A DNA stretch of 64,000 bases from Callorhinchus milii (taxonomy: Eukaryota), in assembly GCF_018977255.1 (NCBI RefSeq), contig NW_024704743.1, forward strand, positions 16,494,001-16,558,000. The letters are read 5' to 3'. The stretch's first letter is position 1. Each line of letters starts with the position of its first letter. The position numbers were made by a program, and so were the translations under genes. The notes under the pieces were generated by a model. It saw only the letters and a program-made list of their open reading frames with translations, searched no databases and was not told where the DNA came from. Below, in pieces: positions 25,569-36,987 of the stretch.

Positions 25569-25597
25569 TTCAGCACCAACACAGAGGGACAGCGGCC
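25569..25597 (+). promoter_or_regulatory. Non-canonical (expanded-spacer) RE1/NRSE REST-binding site in AMPH intron 1
   Basis: TTCAGCACC (left half) + 9-bp spacer AACACAGAG + GGACAGCGGCC (right half). Confidence 0.65.
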
Positions 25598-25600
25598 ATC

Positions 25601-25980
25601 AGGGCACTGAGGGGCAGGAGGGCACTGAGGGGCAGGAGGGCACTGAGGGGCAGGAGGGCACTGAGGGGCAGGAGGGCACTGAGGGGCAGGAGGGCACTGA
25701 GGGGCAGGAGGGCACTGAGGGGCAGGAGGGCACTGAGGGGCAGGAGGGCACTGAGGGGCAGGAGGGCACTGAGGGGCAGCAGGGCACTGAGGGGCAGGAG
25801 GGCACTGAGGGGCAGCAGGGCACTGAGGGGCAGGAGGGCACTGAGGGGCAGGAGGGCACTGAGGGGCAGGAGGGCACTGAGGGGCAGGAGGGCACTGAGG
25901 GGCAGGAGGGCACTGAGGGGCAGGAGGGCACTGAGGGGCAGGAGGGCACTGAGGGGCAGGGGGGCACTGAGGGGCAGCGG
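25601..25980. repeat. 18-bp minisatellite (GAGGGCACTGAGGGGCAG)n
   Basis: About 21 units, giving the spurious (EGTEGQ)n ORF. Confidence 0.97.
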
Positions 25981-26009
25981 GGCAGCGATGGGCTCAGGAG
26001 TGTGGCGCT

Positions 26010-26385
26010 TGGGAGTGAGGGGCTCCGCGAGTGAGCGGCTCGGAAGTGACACCTCCGCGAGTGTGGGGCTCTGGGAGTGAGGGGCTCCGGAGTGAGGGGC
26101 TCCGGGATTGAGGGGCTCTGGTAGTGTGGGGCTCCGCGAGTGAGGGGCTCCGCGAGTGAGGGGCTCCGGGAGTGAGGGGCTCCGGGAGTGAGGGGCTCCG
26201 GGAGTGAGGGGCTCCGGGAGTGTGGGGCTCCGGGAGTGAGGGGCTCCAGGAGTGAGGCCTCTGCGAGTGAGAGGCTCCGGGAGTGAGGCCTCTGCGAGTG
26301 AGGGGCTCCGGGAGTGAGGGCTCCGGGAGTGAGGGGCTCCGGGAGTGAGGGGCTCCGGGAGTGAGGGGCTCCGGGAGTGAGGGAC
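26010..26385. repeat. 16-bp CpG-containing minisatellite (GTGAGGGGCTCCGGGA)n
   Basis: Directly visible, with variant units. Confidence 0.95.
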
Positions 26386-26514
26386 TGGGTTTGTTTTATC
26401 ATCAATGTCCATAAGGTCTGTCAGGGATACCGTGTTCCCACAAACACCGCTCCCTCTCCCCCCCCCGTCTCTCCCCCCCTCCCTCTGTCTCCCCCTCCCC
26501 CTCTCCCCCACTCC

Positions 26515-26886
26515 TTCTCCCCCCCCCGGGTGGGGGTGCACTATGGCTCCCCCTGTCCCCCCCCTGTCTCCCCCCCCCCGGGTGGGGGTGCACTATGGCT
26601 CCCCCTGTCCCCCCCTGTCCCCCCCCCCGGGTGGGGGTGCACTATGGCTCCCCCTGTCCCCCCCTGTCCCCCCCCCGGGTGGGGGTGCACTATGGCTCCC
26701 CCTGTCCCCCCCTGTCTCCCCCCCCGGGTGGGGTGCACTATGGCTCCCCCTGTCCCCCCCTGTCTCCCCCCCCGGGTGGGGGTGCACTATGGCTCCCCCT
26801 GTCCCCCCCTGTCCCCCCCCGGGTGGGGTGCACTATGGCTCCCCCTGTCCCCCCCTGTCTCCCCCCCCCGGGTGGGGGTGCAGTAT
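26515..26886. repeat. ~48-bp minisatellite (CCCGGGTGGGGGTGCACTATGGCTCCCCCTGTCCCCCCTGT...)n
   Basis: 7-8 units differing mainly in C-run length. Confidence 0.95.
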
Positions 26887-26993
26887 GACAGTGGGTGCAA
26901 TCTGATCGCATGTTGCCATTTGCAAGGATCGGATCAGTGATGAGCAGAGAGAGGCCGCCCCGCAGCCGAGCAGCCGAGCAGCTGGCGATTCAT

Positions 26994-27793
26994 ACCCCCC
27001 CACACACACACACACACACACAGAGACAGACTCTCCCCTCCCCCCCCCCACACACACACACACACACACAGGGAGACTCTGCCCCTCCCACACACACACA
27101 CACACACAGGGAGACTCTGCCCCCCCCCCCCCACACACACACACACACAGAGGGAGACTCCCCCCCCCCCCACCCCCCCACACACACACACAGAGGGAGA
27201 CTCTGCCCCCCCCCCCCCCCCACACACACACACACACAGAGGGAGACTCCCCCCCCCCACACACACACACACACAGAGGGAGACTCTGCCCCTCCCCCCC
27301 CCCCCCCCCCCCCCCCACACACACACACAGGGAGACTCTGCCCCCCCCTCCACACACACACACACAGGGAGACTCTGCCCCTCCCCCCCCCACACACACA
27401 CAGAGGGAGACTCCCCCCCACCCCCCCCCCCCACACACACACACACACAGAGGGAGACTCCCCCCCCCCCCCCACACACACACAGAGGGAGACTCTGCTC
27501 CCCACCCCCCCACCCCCCCCTCCCCCCACACACACACACACACAGAGGGAGACTCTGCTCTCCCCCCCCCCACCCCACACACACACACACAGAGGGAGAC
27601 TCTGCCCTCCCCCCCCCACACACACAGAGACACTGCCCCCCCCCCCCACACACACACACACAGAGACACTGCCCCCCCCCCCCACAGAGAGAGAGAGAGA
27701 GACACTGCCCTTCCCCCACAGAGAGAGAGAGACTCTACCCCCCCCCCCCCCACAGAGAGAGAGAGACTCTGCCCCCCTCCCCTCCCCCCACAC
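26994..27793. repeat. Compound minisatellite: (C)n-(CA)n-GAGGGAGACTCTG units
   Basis: About 20 units of ~35-50 bp with variable C and CA tracts, drifting to (GA)n at the 3' end. Confidence 0.95.
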
Positions 27794-30700
27794 ATCATTG
27801 CAAGCATTAACATTGAATTCGTCAGTGGATCCTCACAAAGTCAGAAGCTGTGTGTGTGTGGGGGGGTGGGGGGATGGGGGAATTTTTTTAATATAAACTC
27901 CTGTAAAATAACAACAGAACAACGCTTTACATGTAGCGCTGAGTATCACCCAATATCAGCTGGTTTTTGTGGGTTGGGGGGGTTTGGGTGTAGTTGTGGG
28001 TGGGGGGGGATGGTCGGGGTGGGGGTTGGGATGAGTGGGGGGTGGACAATGGATTTGAGTCCAGCAATGCTCACACAGTGCAGAAAATACTGGTCAGGAT
28101 TAAACCCACAGCGAATCGGCACTGAATTTGCAAGGCACTGGGATGAACTATTCCCTAGGATTTGCTGACGATCATGCCAGGAGGTTGCATTTGATCTTCA
28201 CCATCTTTCCCCGCCCCCACCTCCCCCCCCTCTCCCCGCCAGCACAGCCCGGCGCTTTGATGCGGACAAGTGTTTTATAGTGCCGGGTCCCTGATATGAG
28301 CTGAACTCCTGTAATAATAATTTAATAATAATCATTCGGTCACTTCAATCCACCACTGTTTGTGGGACATTGCTGTGCGCAATTGGCTACTGCCTTTCTC
28401 CCACAAAATACAGTCACTTTACAGTACATTCTTTGAGGCACTCAATGACGTGATAAGGCGCTACATCAACAACAACAAATTACATTTGTATAGTGCCTTT
28501 CACGTCAGGAGGACATCCCAAGGTGCTGGACAGTTAGGGTTTCACATCCTCAAATGCAAGGATAATTATTATTATTAGATATAGCGCCTTATCGCATTGT
28601 TGAGATGTCTCAAAGCTCTTCACAGAATATATTGTAAAGTAATGCAATTTTGTGGGCGAAATGCAGAAATATTTTGTAATATTTTTAAAAATATGTATAA
28701 TATATATTTAAAAATACACAAAGACAGATCAAACCAATCCTGGCCCAGATTAGTTTGGTCTGTGTGTCTTGAGGGGCCAAAGAATCAAAATCTCTGTGAT
28801 ACCCTCATGGCTTCAGAACGAATGTGTTTGGATCAACCCGGGTGTGCTTGTGTTTGTTTCCTCCGGCAGCAAATACTGTGTAGTTTGTGTCAACCAGTAA
28901 AGCCTGAGATTCCCATAAGCAGTAAATGTATTACAGAAAACAGAGACAGAAATCCTGCTCTGTCCTCATCCCCATCCCCGCCCCCACATGCTGCAATAAG
29001 AGGATTTAATTTCCTTTAATATCTCCCCACACTCATCTGTCGTAATGGAGTATCTCGTTTTATTCCCTGTAGCTGAATGCTGGAAGATTCCTCTCTCCTC
29101 CACCCCCCTCCTCCATGCAAACATAAGAATTAGGAAGGTAGAGCTGCTTGGTTTATAAACGGTTGCAAAAAATAAAGGGCTGGTTTGTGACCTGCAATCC
29201 AGGTAGTGAACAGTATTTATAAGAGGTGTTGGTCCAATGCAGTGTGAGGCAATGGGGAGGAACTCATTAACCTCTTCCATTGCTATTGATTGGACCAAGG
29301 CAGCAACTCAAGGGTACAGGCCGCTGCTTCTATCAGCAGACTTATAAATTTCTGCTGACAGTATTAGCAATACAAAGAATCGAAGGTCTGCCAGTTCAGG
29401 GTAGGAAATCCTCACTAAATCCATTCAGTGTAACTTGATTTGGCAATCTGACATTACTGCAAAAAGTCAGAAAATGTATTCAGCCTGGCTTTTTTAAAAC
29501 ACACAGTGACAACTGCGGGCAGCGGAGAATTTAAGATGATCAATCTATTTCTGCCTTATGTACAAGTCTTTATTTAAATTCATCCCCGGCACTGTCATGT
29601 TCAAAGAACTTCAGCAATTAGCACAAGTGCATTGTTTGCTTCACAGAAATTATGGCATGATTTGTGCAGGATTAAACAGTTTTTATTGTGAATCAAATAA
29701 TATATCTAGAAAATTATATTACATTAGATGCTGTCAAGATGGTGTCATTACTGTCTTAGATATTCAGTTCGCCTTATCAGTGCTCTGAGAGGCTGTCCGG
29801 AGTGAAGGGTGCTATATAAATCCAAGTTGTTGTTGTTATGAACAGGAACCATTAGACTGAGATTTGTGCCCTGTGTAGAGATAATGAGCACACATGTAAA
29901 ATGGGCTTCACTTCATAGCTGTTTGTTGGACACTGCTGTGCGCACATTTACCTATGCATTTTCTTAAAAAAAATACAGAAATTTACAGTGTATTCTGTGA
30001 AGCGCTTTGAGACGTGCTTTCAACATAAAAGGCATTATATCAAGTACAAGGATTTTTTAAAATTAAAATGAATACGTCTGTAACTTCCCATACTGACATT
30101 TTTATAATATTAATAATCCTTGCATTTGATACAGCACCTATCATATGAAATGTCTCAATACGCTTGAGACTGTAAAGTGATTGACTGTGTATTTTGTGAG
30201 CTAAATGTGCAGCCAATTGTTCAATACAGTGTCCCACAAACAGTCGTGGATTGAATGACCCCTTTTTTTGTTTGTTTATTATAATAATGAACAAAAAATA
30301 TCAAATTATTATTATTTATTGTAACACTGATGTAAAGTGTAGCGATTATATTTTGTAGATGAACATTTGCAGTGCAAGTGGGAACATCACTAAAATTAGT
30401 CTTATAGTGTGTCAATGAGACATAATAGGGACTAAGTTCTGATATTTCTCAGCAAATGTCTTAATAATGAATGTATAATAATCAGATTCCTCAATCACCA
30501 AATACGTCAAAATTCTTTGACATATTTACATACATTCAATGTTATAGAAATTAAGTATTTACATATTTCTTTTTAAGAAAAGGATAAAGGAACACCATAA
30601 ATTATATCCCAACAGCAGTGACAAACCTTGGGCAAGTTTCCTTACTCCACATGTCTGATAATAATCCCTCAAGAAAAAAAACAAAAAAACCCCAATAATA

Positions 30701-31372
30701 AATTGGTCACTTTAATCCACGGCTGTTTGTTGGACACTGCTGTACGCAATTGGCTGCTGTGTTTCTCCAACAAATGTAGTCAATTCACTTTATAGTATAT
30801 TCTGTGAAGTGCTTTGAGACGTCCAGAAGACGCGATAAGGCGCTATACCAAATGCAAGGATTATTATAATTATATGGACTTTAAAGATACCTTCGGGCTT
30901 TGGGGTTACAAATCTCCAATGTGTAAATATGGAAGTTCTGAATATATATATATAAAAGTAAAACCAGTGGCCGAGAACATGCGATGAATATGGACAAGAT
31001 GTGGCTGCTTGATCATGGATATATTTAACACAGGTTTCATTGGACGTTCATTTCCAGATACTCAATGGATTTCGTATGTGTCCTTAGGTAATAAGTATAG
31101 GGATTAGGATTCCCATGCATTAAATCACTTGCAATAATTTCCATCGTATTGGGAATTCCTTATTCAGCTCTGATGCTTAAACATATGGAGTAAACAGTAC
31201 AGTGGCACAAAATCTGTTAGCATATTTACGGATGAATTTCAGTCTTAAAAGTATAGTAAATAAAGCATTGGTGTAACACTCGTGCTGGGGATGTTCCCTT
31301 TCTCTCCCATTTGTAATTACTACATTTTGAAAGTAGTTTGTACCTTCTTGTATGAAGGCACCCACCTTAGTG

Positions 31373-31640
31373 TGTCAGCCTGGCACAGTGGTAGCACTCT
31401 CACCTCTGAGTCAGACTGTTATGGGTTCAACTTGGAATCACATAGTCTAAGCTGACACTCCTGGGGGTGGCTGTATTGGTGGAGGTGCCGTCCTTCAGAT
31501 GAGACTTTAAACCGAGGTTCAGGCAGATGTTAAAGATTCCATGACACTATTTGAAAAGAGAAAGGAGTTTCTCCTGGTGTCCTGGCCAATAATGTTCCAA
31601 ATAAAATTGGCCACTCACTGTGGCTGTTTGTGGGACATCC
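31373..31640 (+). mobile_element. Family B (Deu-domain-type) SINE. Other copies at ~20297-20430/21195-21430, 37415-37828(-), 41478-41917, 46590-46980, 53240-53400(-), 57943-58370, 60580-60780(-)
   Basis: tRNA-like head followed by ggaggtgccgtccttcagatgagac.ttaaaccgagg..ttcagg..gatgttaaagat.ccatg.cactatttgaa..gagtttctcctggtgtcctggccaa, resembling the DeuSINE central domain. Confidence 0.8.
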
Positions 31641-31803
31641 CTTATCAACCTGTCCACTCCCTCCACTAAGCAGTCTCCGGGCTGCTGATTGTCCCCGCCC
31701 GGCCTACCCCACCATTGACAGTCAGGCCTTCAGCCTCTTTACCCACATCCTCTGGAACTCTATCCTATGTTCACTTCGCCTCGCACCCTCCCTTGCCTCA
31801 TTC

Positions 31804-32570
31804 AACAACAACAACAAAAAAATTACATTTATAGAGCGCCTTTCACGTCGGGAGGACGTCCCAAGGCGCTGGACAGACAGGGGTCAGGACCCGCGCAGGG
31901 GGGAGGGTTGGGAGAGGGTTGAGGGAAGGTAGAGAGGTGGGAGGGTGACTGAAGGCACGATCGAAGAGAAGGGTCTTGAGACCAGCCTTCGAGGAGGCAA
32001 GGGAGGAAGCGAGGCGAAAGGACTGTGGGATGGAGTTCCAGAGTGTGGGGGCAGAGAGGCTGAAAGCCGGCCTCCCATGGAGCAGGCTGGAGCCCGCTGA
32101 ACGGAGGGAGCGGGTAGATTGATAGGGAGACAGCAGATCAGAGCGGTAGGAGGGGGCAAGGCCATGGATGACCTTGAAAGTGAGGACGAGGATCTTAAAT
32201 TCGATCCTCTGAGGGATGGGGAGCCAGTGGAGTCGGGCGAGGGTGGGAGTGATGGAGTCACAAAGCCTGGTGCGCGAGAGTACACGATCTGCAGAGTTTT
32301 GGATGATCTGCAGCTTGTGAAAGGAAGAGTTGGGAAGGCCGATGAGGTGGGAATTTCAATAATCGAGCCTTGATGTGACGAATGCGTGGGTGAGGGTTTC
32401 GGCAGCCTGAGGGGTGAGGCAGTGGTGGAGTCTGGCAATGTTGAGGAGGTGGTGGTAGGCAGTGCCAGTCATGGCGCAGATATGGGGGAGAAAGGACAGT
32501 TCAGGGTTAAACAAGACACCCAGGTTCCTGACTGGCTCAGTGAGGTTGCGTGTGCAGCCGTGGACACAGT
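31804..32570 (-). mobile_element. L2 LINE 3' fragment, tail-to-tail with a + strand L2 fragment at ~31650-31803
   Basis: Reverse complement of the L2 ORF2 C-terminus and tail. Confidence 0.9.
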
Positions 32571-34181
32571 GAGTCGTTCGGATCTGGAATGCATTGCCTG
32601 AAAGGGTGGTGGAAGTCGATTCAATAACAACTTTTAAGAGAGAATTAGATAATTATTTGGAGAGGACAAGTTTGCAGGGCTATAAGGAGAGAACGGGGGA
32701 GTGGGATTGATTTGGATAGCTCTTTCCAAAGAGTCGGCACAGACACGATGCACCAAACGACCTCCTTCTGTGCTGTATAATTCTATGATTCTATGATTTG
32801 TACTGTATTTCGTTTAAATCAAATTGTTGACTCTAAAATTTGTGAGTCTGTGCAGTTTGCGATCCTGAGATACACAGATAGGTGAAAATTAACGGTTACA
32901 ACCTTTATATGCTTTGAGACATCTCAAAGACGTGAAAAGCGCTGTATCAAATGCAAGGATTATAATTAGTATATTATTATGTAAAATTGCAGGAGTTTTC
33001 TTCCCAGTAGCTTCTTCTTTCTTATTTTCCTGCATCTGTTCCAACTTCAGGCTTGTAAGTGGCCTGTATTGATACACAGGAACAAACAAGTTTTTGTGAC
33101 CTTCAAGACCATCTGGTTTGGTTCACAGATACTGTTTTCTTGTTTTTGCTCCTCACCTAACAATGGCCATCTATTTGCAAGACCACTGAATTATCACACA
33201 CAGACACCATTTCTTTGACTTACTTCTCACGTGACAGCGGCTACCTGTTGCACATTCCATTTCCCCCGTAACTATACCAGACAGAGCAAGAACATTAGAT
33301 AAAGAAAAGACAGACATTATCCATTTCTAGCAAGTAAACAAGTTACACAAATAGAATCATCAGCAAAACTTCACTTAAAATACAGTAGTACAAATGTTCA
33401 ATAATGTTACATTATAGGCAAAGTACCACAGCATGATAGTCACTTAACAAAATGTCATCAATCTACAGTGTTAAAATGATGACACATATATGTTTCATGT
33501 TGCCAAAGCTTAGCAATATTATATATTCCCATAAGGCATTATTCTTCTGTCAAATGCAACTCGCTCATGATACTTCACTTGGTTTAACGTCTTGTCCGAA
33601 AGGCGACACCTCCAACAATGCAGCGCTCCTCCAGCACTGCATCAGTGCCAATCTAGACTGTGACTTCAAAGTATTGAGTGTATTGTGGCCTGTGGAAGGA
33701 GTAGGTTTAATGCACTGAATGGCCTTTCTCCATTTTCTGGTTTCTTATGTTCTTATGCTATTGTTGTCTTTCCTTGGGTGATGCAGTAGGAGATTGATTC
33801 TGCATTGCTTTCCTTCGTTTTGCCAGATAGCTTTACACATCTCGAGCTTCCTGTCTTGCGGAAGCAGGAGTGCCAGCGACAGGTGAAGTTATTTTCTTAG
33901 AATGTGCCAAACCTGCAAATTGAATGAAAAACACTTTTCTTTGGGCGGAAGAACAGATTTTTTATGCAGGCCATCCTCATACATGCACGGTTCAAAAGTA
34001 AGTTCCTACTAGTACTAGGTAAATAGAGGCATGTGGAGTAACGGTACTTGCCTAAGGTTTCGTGCTGCCCAGGTCCTCTCGCTTTTGAGGTGAGTGCTCT
34101 AACCAATACGCTACAGGACACCACAATTTGTTTCAAGTTTTATTATGCTTTTATTAAATAGAATATCTCCTTCACCTTTAT

Positions 34182-34499
34182 TAATAATAATAATAATCCT
34201 TGCATTTTGATATAGCGCTTTTCAAGTCGGGAGGACATCCCAAAGCGCTTCACAGAACACATTGTAAAGTGAATTGACTTTATATTTGTGGGCGAACGCG
34301 GCAGCCAATTGCGCACAGCAATGTCCCACAAACAGTCGTTGATTGAAAATGACCAATTTATTATTGTTTTTGGTTTTGGAGGGATTATTATTAGGCGTGT
34401 GGAGTAAGGAAACTTGCCCAAGGTTTCGCTCTGCCTGGAATTGAACTCAGGTCTCTTGCTTGCAAAGCGAGTGCTCTAACCACTGAGCTACAGAACTCC
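34182..34499 (-). mobile_element. Full-length tRNA-derived SINE (family A, short form)
   Basis: Reverse complement of the same head/core/(ATT)n tail; a partial second copy lies at ~33990-34125. Confidence 0.9.
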
Positions 34500-35854
34500 A
34501 TTAGACAAAAATCTAGGCACTTTTGGAGCTAAGGTCCCTGTTCTGGAGCAATGCAAGCATTAGTATACGCATTCTGTCCTTGCTGATCAGTTAGGAGTAA
34601 TGGCTTGCTTCTTATGCATTCTCTCTCAAGATCCCAATAGTGTGTTATTACACCTTGTATTTCAGGCAAATGCTCTGTAACAGAACTTTGTGTATGAATT
34701 GTATGGATTACCAGTATTTGGCAGAAATCCGAAAAGCCAATTAGTTACTGAACTATGAAGAATGAAGTACAGTAAAAAAAGAGAGCCAATAAACATTTCC
34801 GAATTAGCAATATTCTGTAAACCTTCTAAAATTAAATCTTTATTTTAAATATAATGCTCTCTGCTCACTACCAATGTGTGCAGATTCTGCCACATATGGA
34901 CAAGACCACTGGGTTCATCCCCACAGAATGCCCATTTGGAAGCAGGTTATGGGTGGCATTGACATCTACATGGTTAAGTCATGACCAAGTTTGGCATAAT
35001 ACTACCTTAAGAAGCAAGTGTAGTATGATGATATCTCAAATAATATTTCCTATTTATTTTGCTAAGTGGAGCTGAGATCCAAGTATCCAAGTTTCTTTTT
35101 TATGTAGCACACCTCAAACAAAAACTTTTTTCTATACTTCCTTTACATTTTCATTTCCTGCTCTTCACTTTTATTTCGGAATATCGTTTCAGCAGGTTTT
35201 AATTTGGGTTTTGTATATTTTCTAACTCACTATTTCTCCAATATTTTAGGATAGATTTTGTTTTATATAGACTCTCCAATTTAACCATTTACATTGAAAT
35301 CCCTGCTAAATGAATTTCATTGAATTGCATTAAATTACTTTGAATTATGAATTGGTCTTCTGCTACAATTTAGATCTCGGGAACATAGAGCTTAAAGGTC
35401 TATGCCATTCATTAATATGGTTCACAATATCACAAGATGGTTTGGATGAAGAAAGCCTTTTAGCACATCTGACCATCCTTTCGGAACACCCACTCTACCA
35501 TCCTCCTATCACGGCATCAAGCTTCTTTTTTAAAAAAATGACTCCAGTGCCCTGGTCATAACCACCCTTCCTGACAACATGTTCAGCAATTATTTAAATT
35601 AATAAGTCAATAATTACCCTCTGGGTAAAGAAAATCTTCTTGTTCTACTGCCTTGGTGCATCCTAAAGTATTGTTAAGACAACGCTTGAAACTATTTTTT
35701 ATGTTGATGAAAAAAGGACTGAGACAGAAACTGTAAGAAGGAGTTGGCAAAGGCAGATCACTGCCGCACAATAGCCGTGATGAGGGGATTGATAAATATC
35801 TTCATTTTTCTGACCTTCATACTATGTCACAAGGGATTAATTTGACCGGAATGT

Positions 35855-36390
35855 AATAACAACAACAAAATTACATTTGTTTAGTGCTTTTCACATCAGG
35901 AGGACTTCCCAAGGACCTGGAGAATCAGTGTTTTGGTATCAAGCTAGGGGTCGGGATTGGGGAGGGTGCAGGGCAGGGTGGGAAGGAGGTTGATTGAAAA
36001 CACAGTCAAAGAGGAGGGTCTTGAGACAGGTCTTGAAGGAGGTAAGGGAGGGGGCGAGGTGGAGGGACTGCGGGATGGCGTTCCATAGGGTAGGGGCAGA
36101 GCGGTTGTAGGCCCGCCTGCCAATGGTGGGGCAGGCGAGGCGAGGGATGTGAAGTGGGTCAGAGTTCGCTGAGCGAAGGGAGCGGGCAGGTTGGTAGGGG
36201 GTTAGAAGGTCCCAGAGGTAGGGGGGAGCAAGGCCATAGAAGGCTTTGAAGGTGAGGACCAGGATCTTGAACTGTATCCTCTGTGTGATGGGAAGCTAGT
36301 GGAGTCGGGGATGGGGATGATAGGGTTACAGAGCCCAGTGGGGGAGAGGACATGGGCTGCAGAGTTCTGGATGATCTACAGCCTACGGAT
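35855..36390 (-). mobile_element. L2 LINE 3' fragment
   Basis: Reverse complement similar to 5238-5716. Confidence 0.88.
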
Positions 36391-36537
36391 GGCGATGCTG
36401 TCATTGCCTAAGGTGTGGAGGCGCTGAGGGGAGCCAATCAGTAGGGCCGCGGTCTTGTTGACATTCTGTTGACAACTGAAGTAATCGGTCTAAAAATGTG
36501 GAAGAAGAACACACATCTTGGGCGAAGGATAAAGAGA

Positions 36538-36987
36538 TTAATAATAATAATAATCCTTGCATTTGATATAGTGCTTTTCATGTCTTCTAGACGTTTCAAA
36601 GCGCTTCACAGTACTACTGTACTGTAAGGATATTAAGGGATATGCGGCAAAGGCGGGTAACTGGAGTTGAGGTACAGATCAGCAATGGTCTAATAGAATG
36701 GTGGAACAAGCTAGAGGGGCTGAATGACCAACTCCTGTTCCTATGTTCACTACTGTAAAGTGAATTGACTGTATATTTGTGGGCGAAACGCTGCAGCCAA
36801 TTGCACACAGCAGTGTCCCACAAATAGTGATGGATTGAAGTGACCACTTTATTATTGTTTCTTTTTTTGAGGGATTATCATCAGGCATGTGGAATAAGGA
36901 AACTTGCCCACGGTTTCACCGTGCCGGGAATCGAACCCAGGTCTCTCGCTTGTGAGGCTAGTGCTCTAACCACTGAGCTACAGGACT
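36538..36987 (-). mobile_element. Full-length family A SINE interrupted by a ~125-bp CR1 3'-end segment
   Basis: (AAT)n tail at 36538, head ending gagctacaggact at 36987, foreign segment at ~36624-36748. Confidence 0.88.

Noticed and set aside
23962..26886. Regular direct repeats superficially like CRISPR arrays
   Set aside because: No unique spacers, no cas genes, vertebrate context; ordinary minisatellites.
22782..27896. Very long ORFs (924, 530, 346, 335, 333, 326 aa etc.; His/Thr-, Cys/Val-, Pro-, Gly-rich; (EGTEGQ)n)
   Set aside because: They are translations of stop-free tandem repeats, open in several frames on both strands. The only real coding part is AMPH exon 1.
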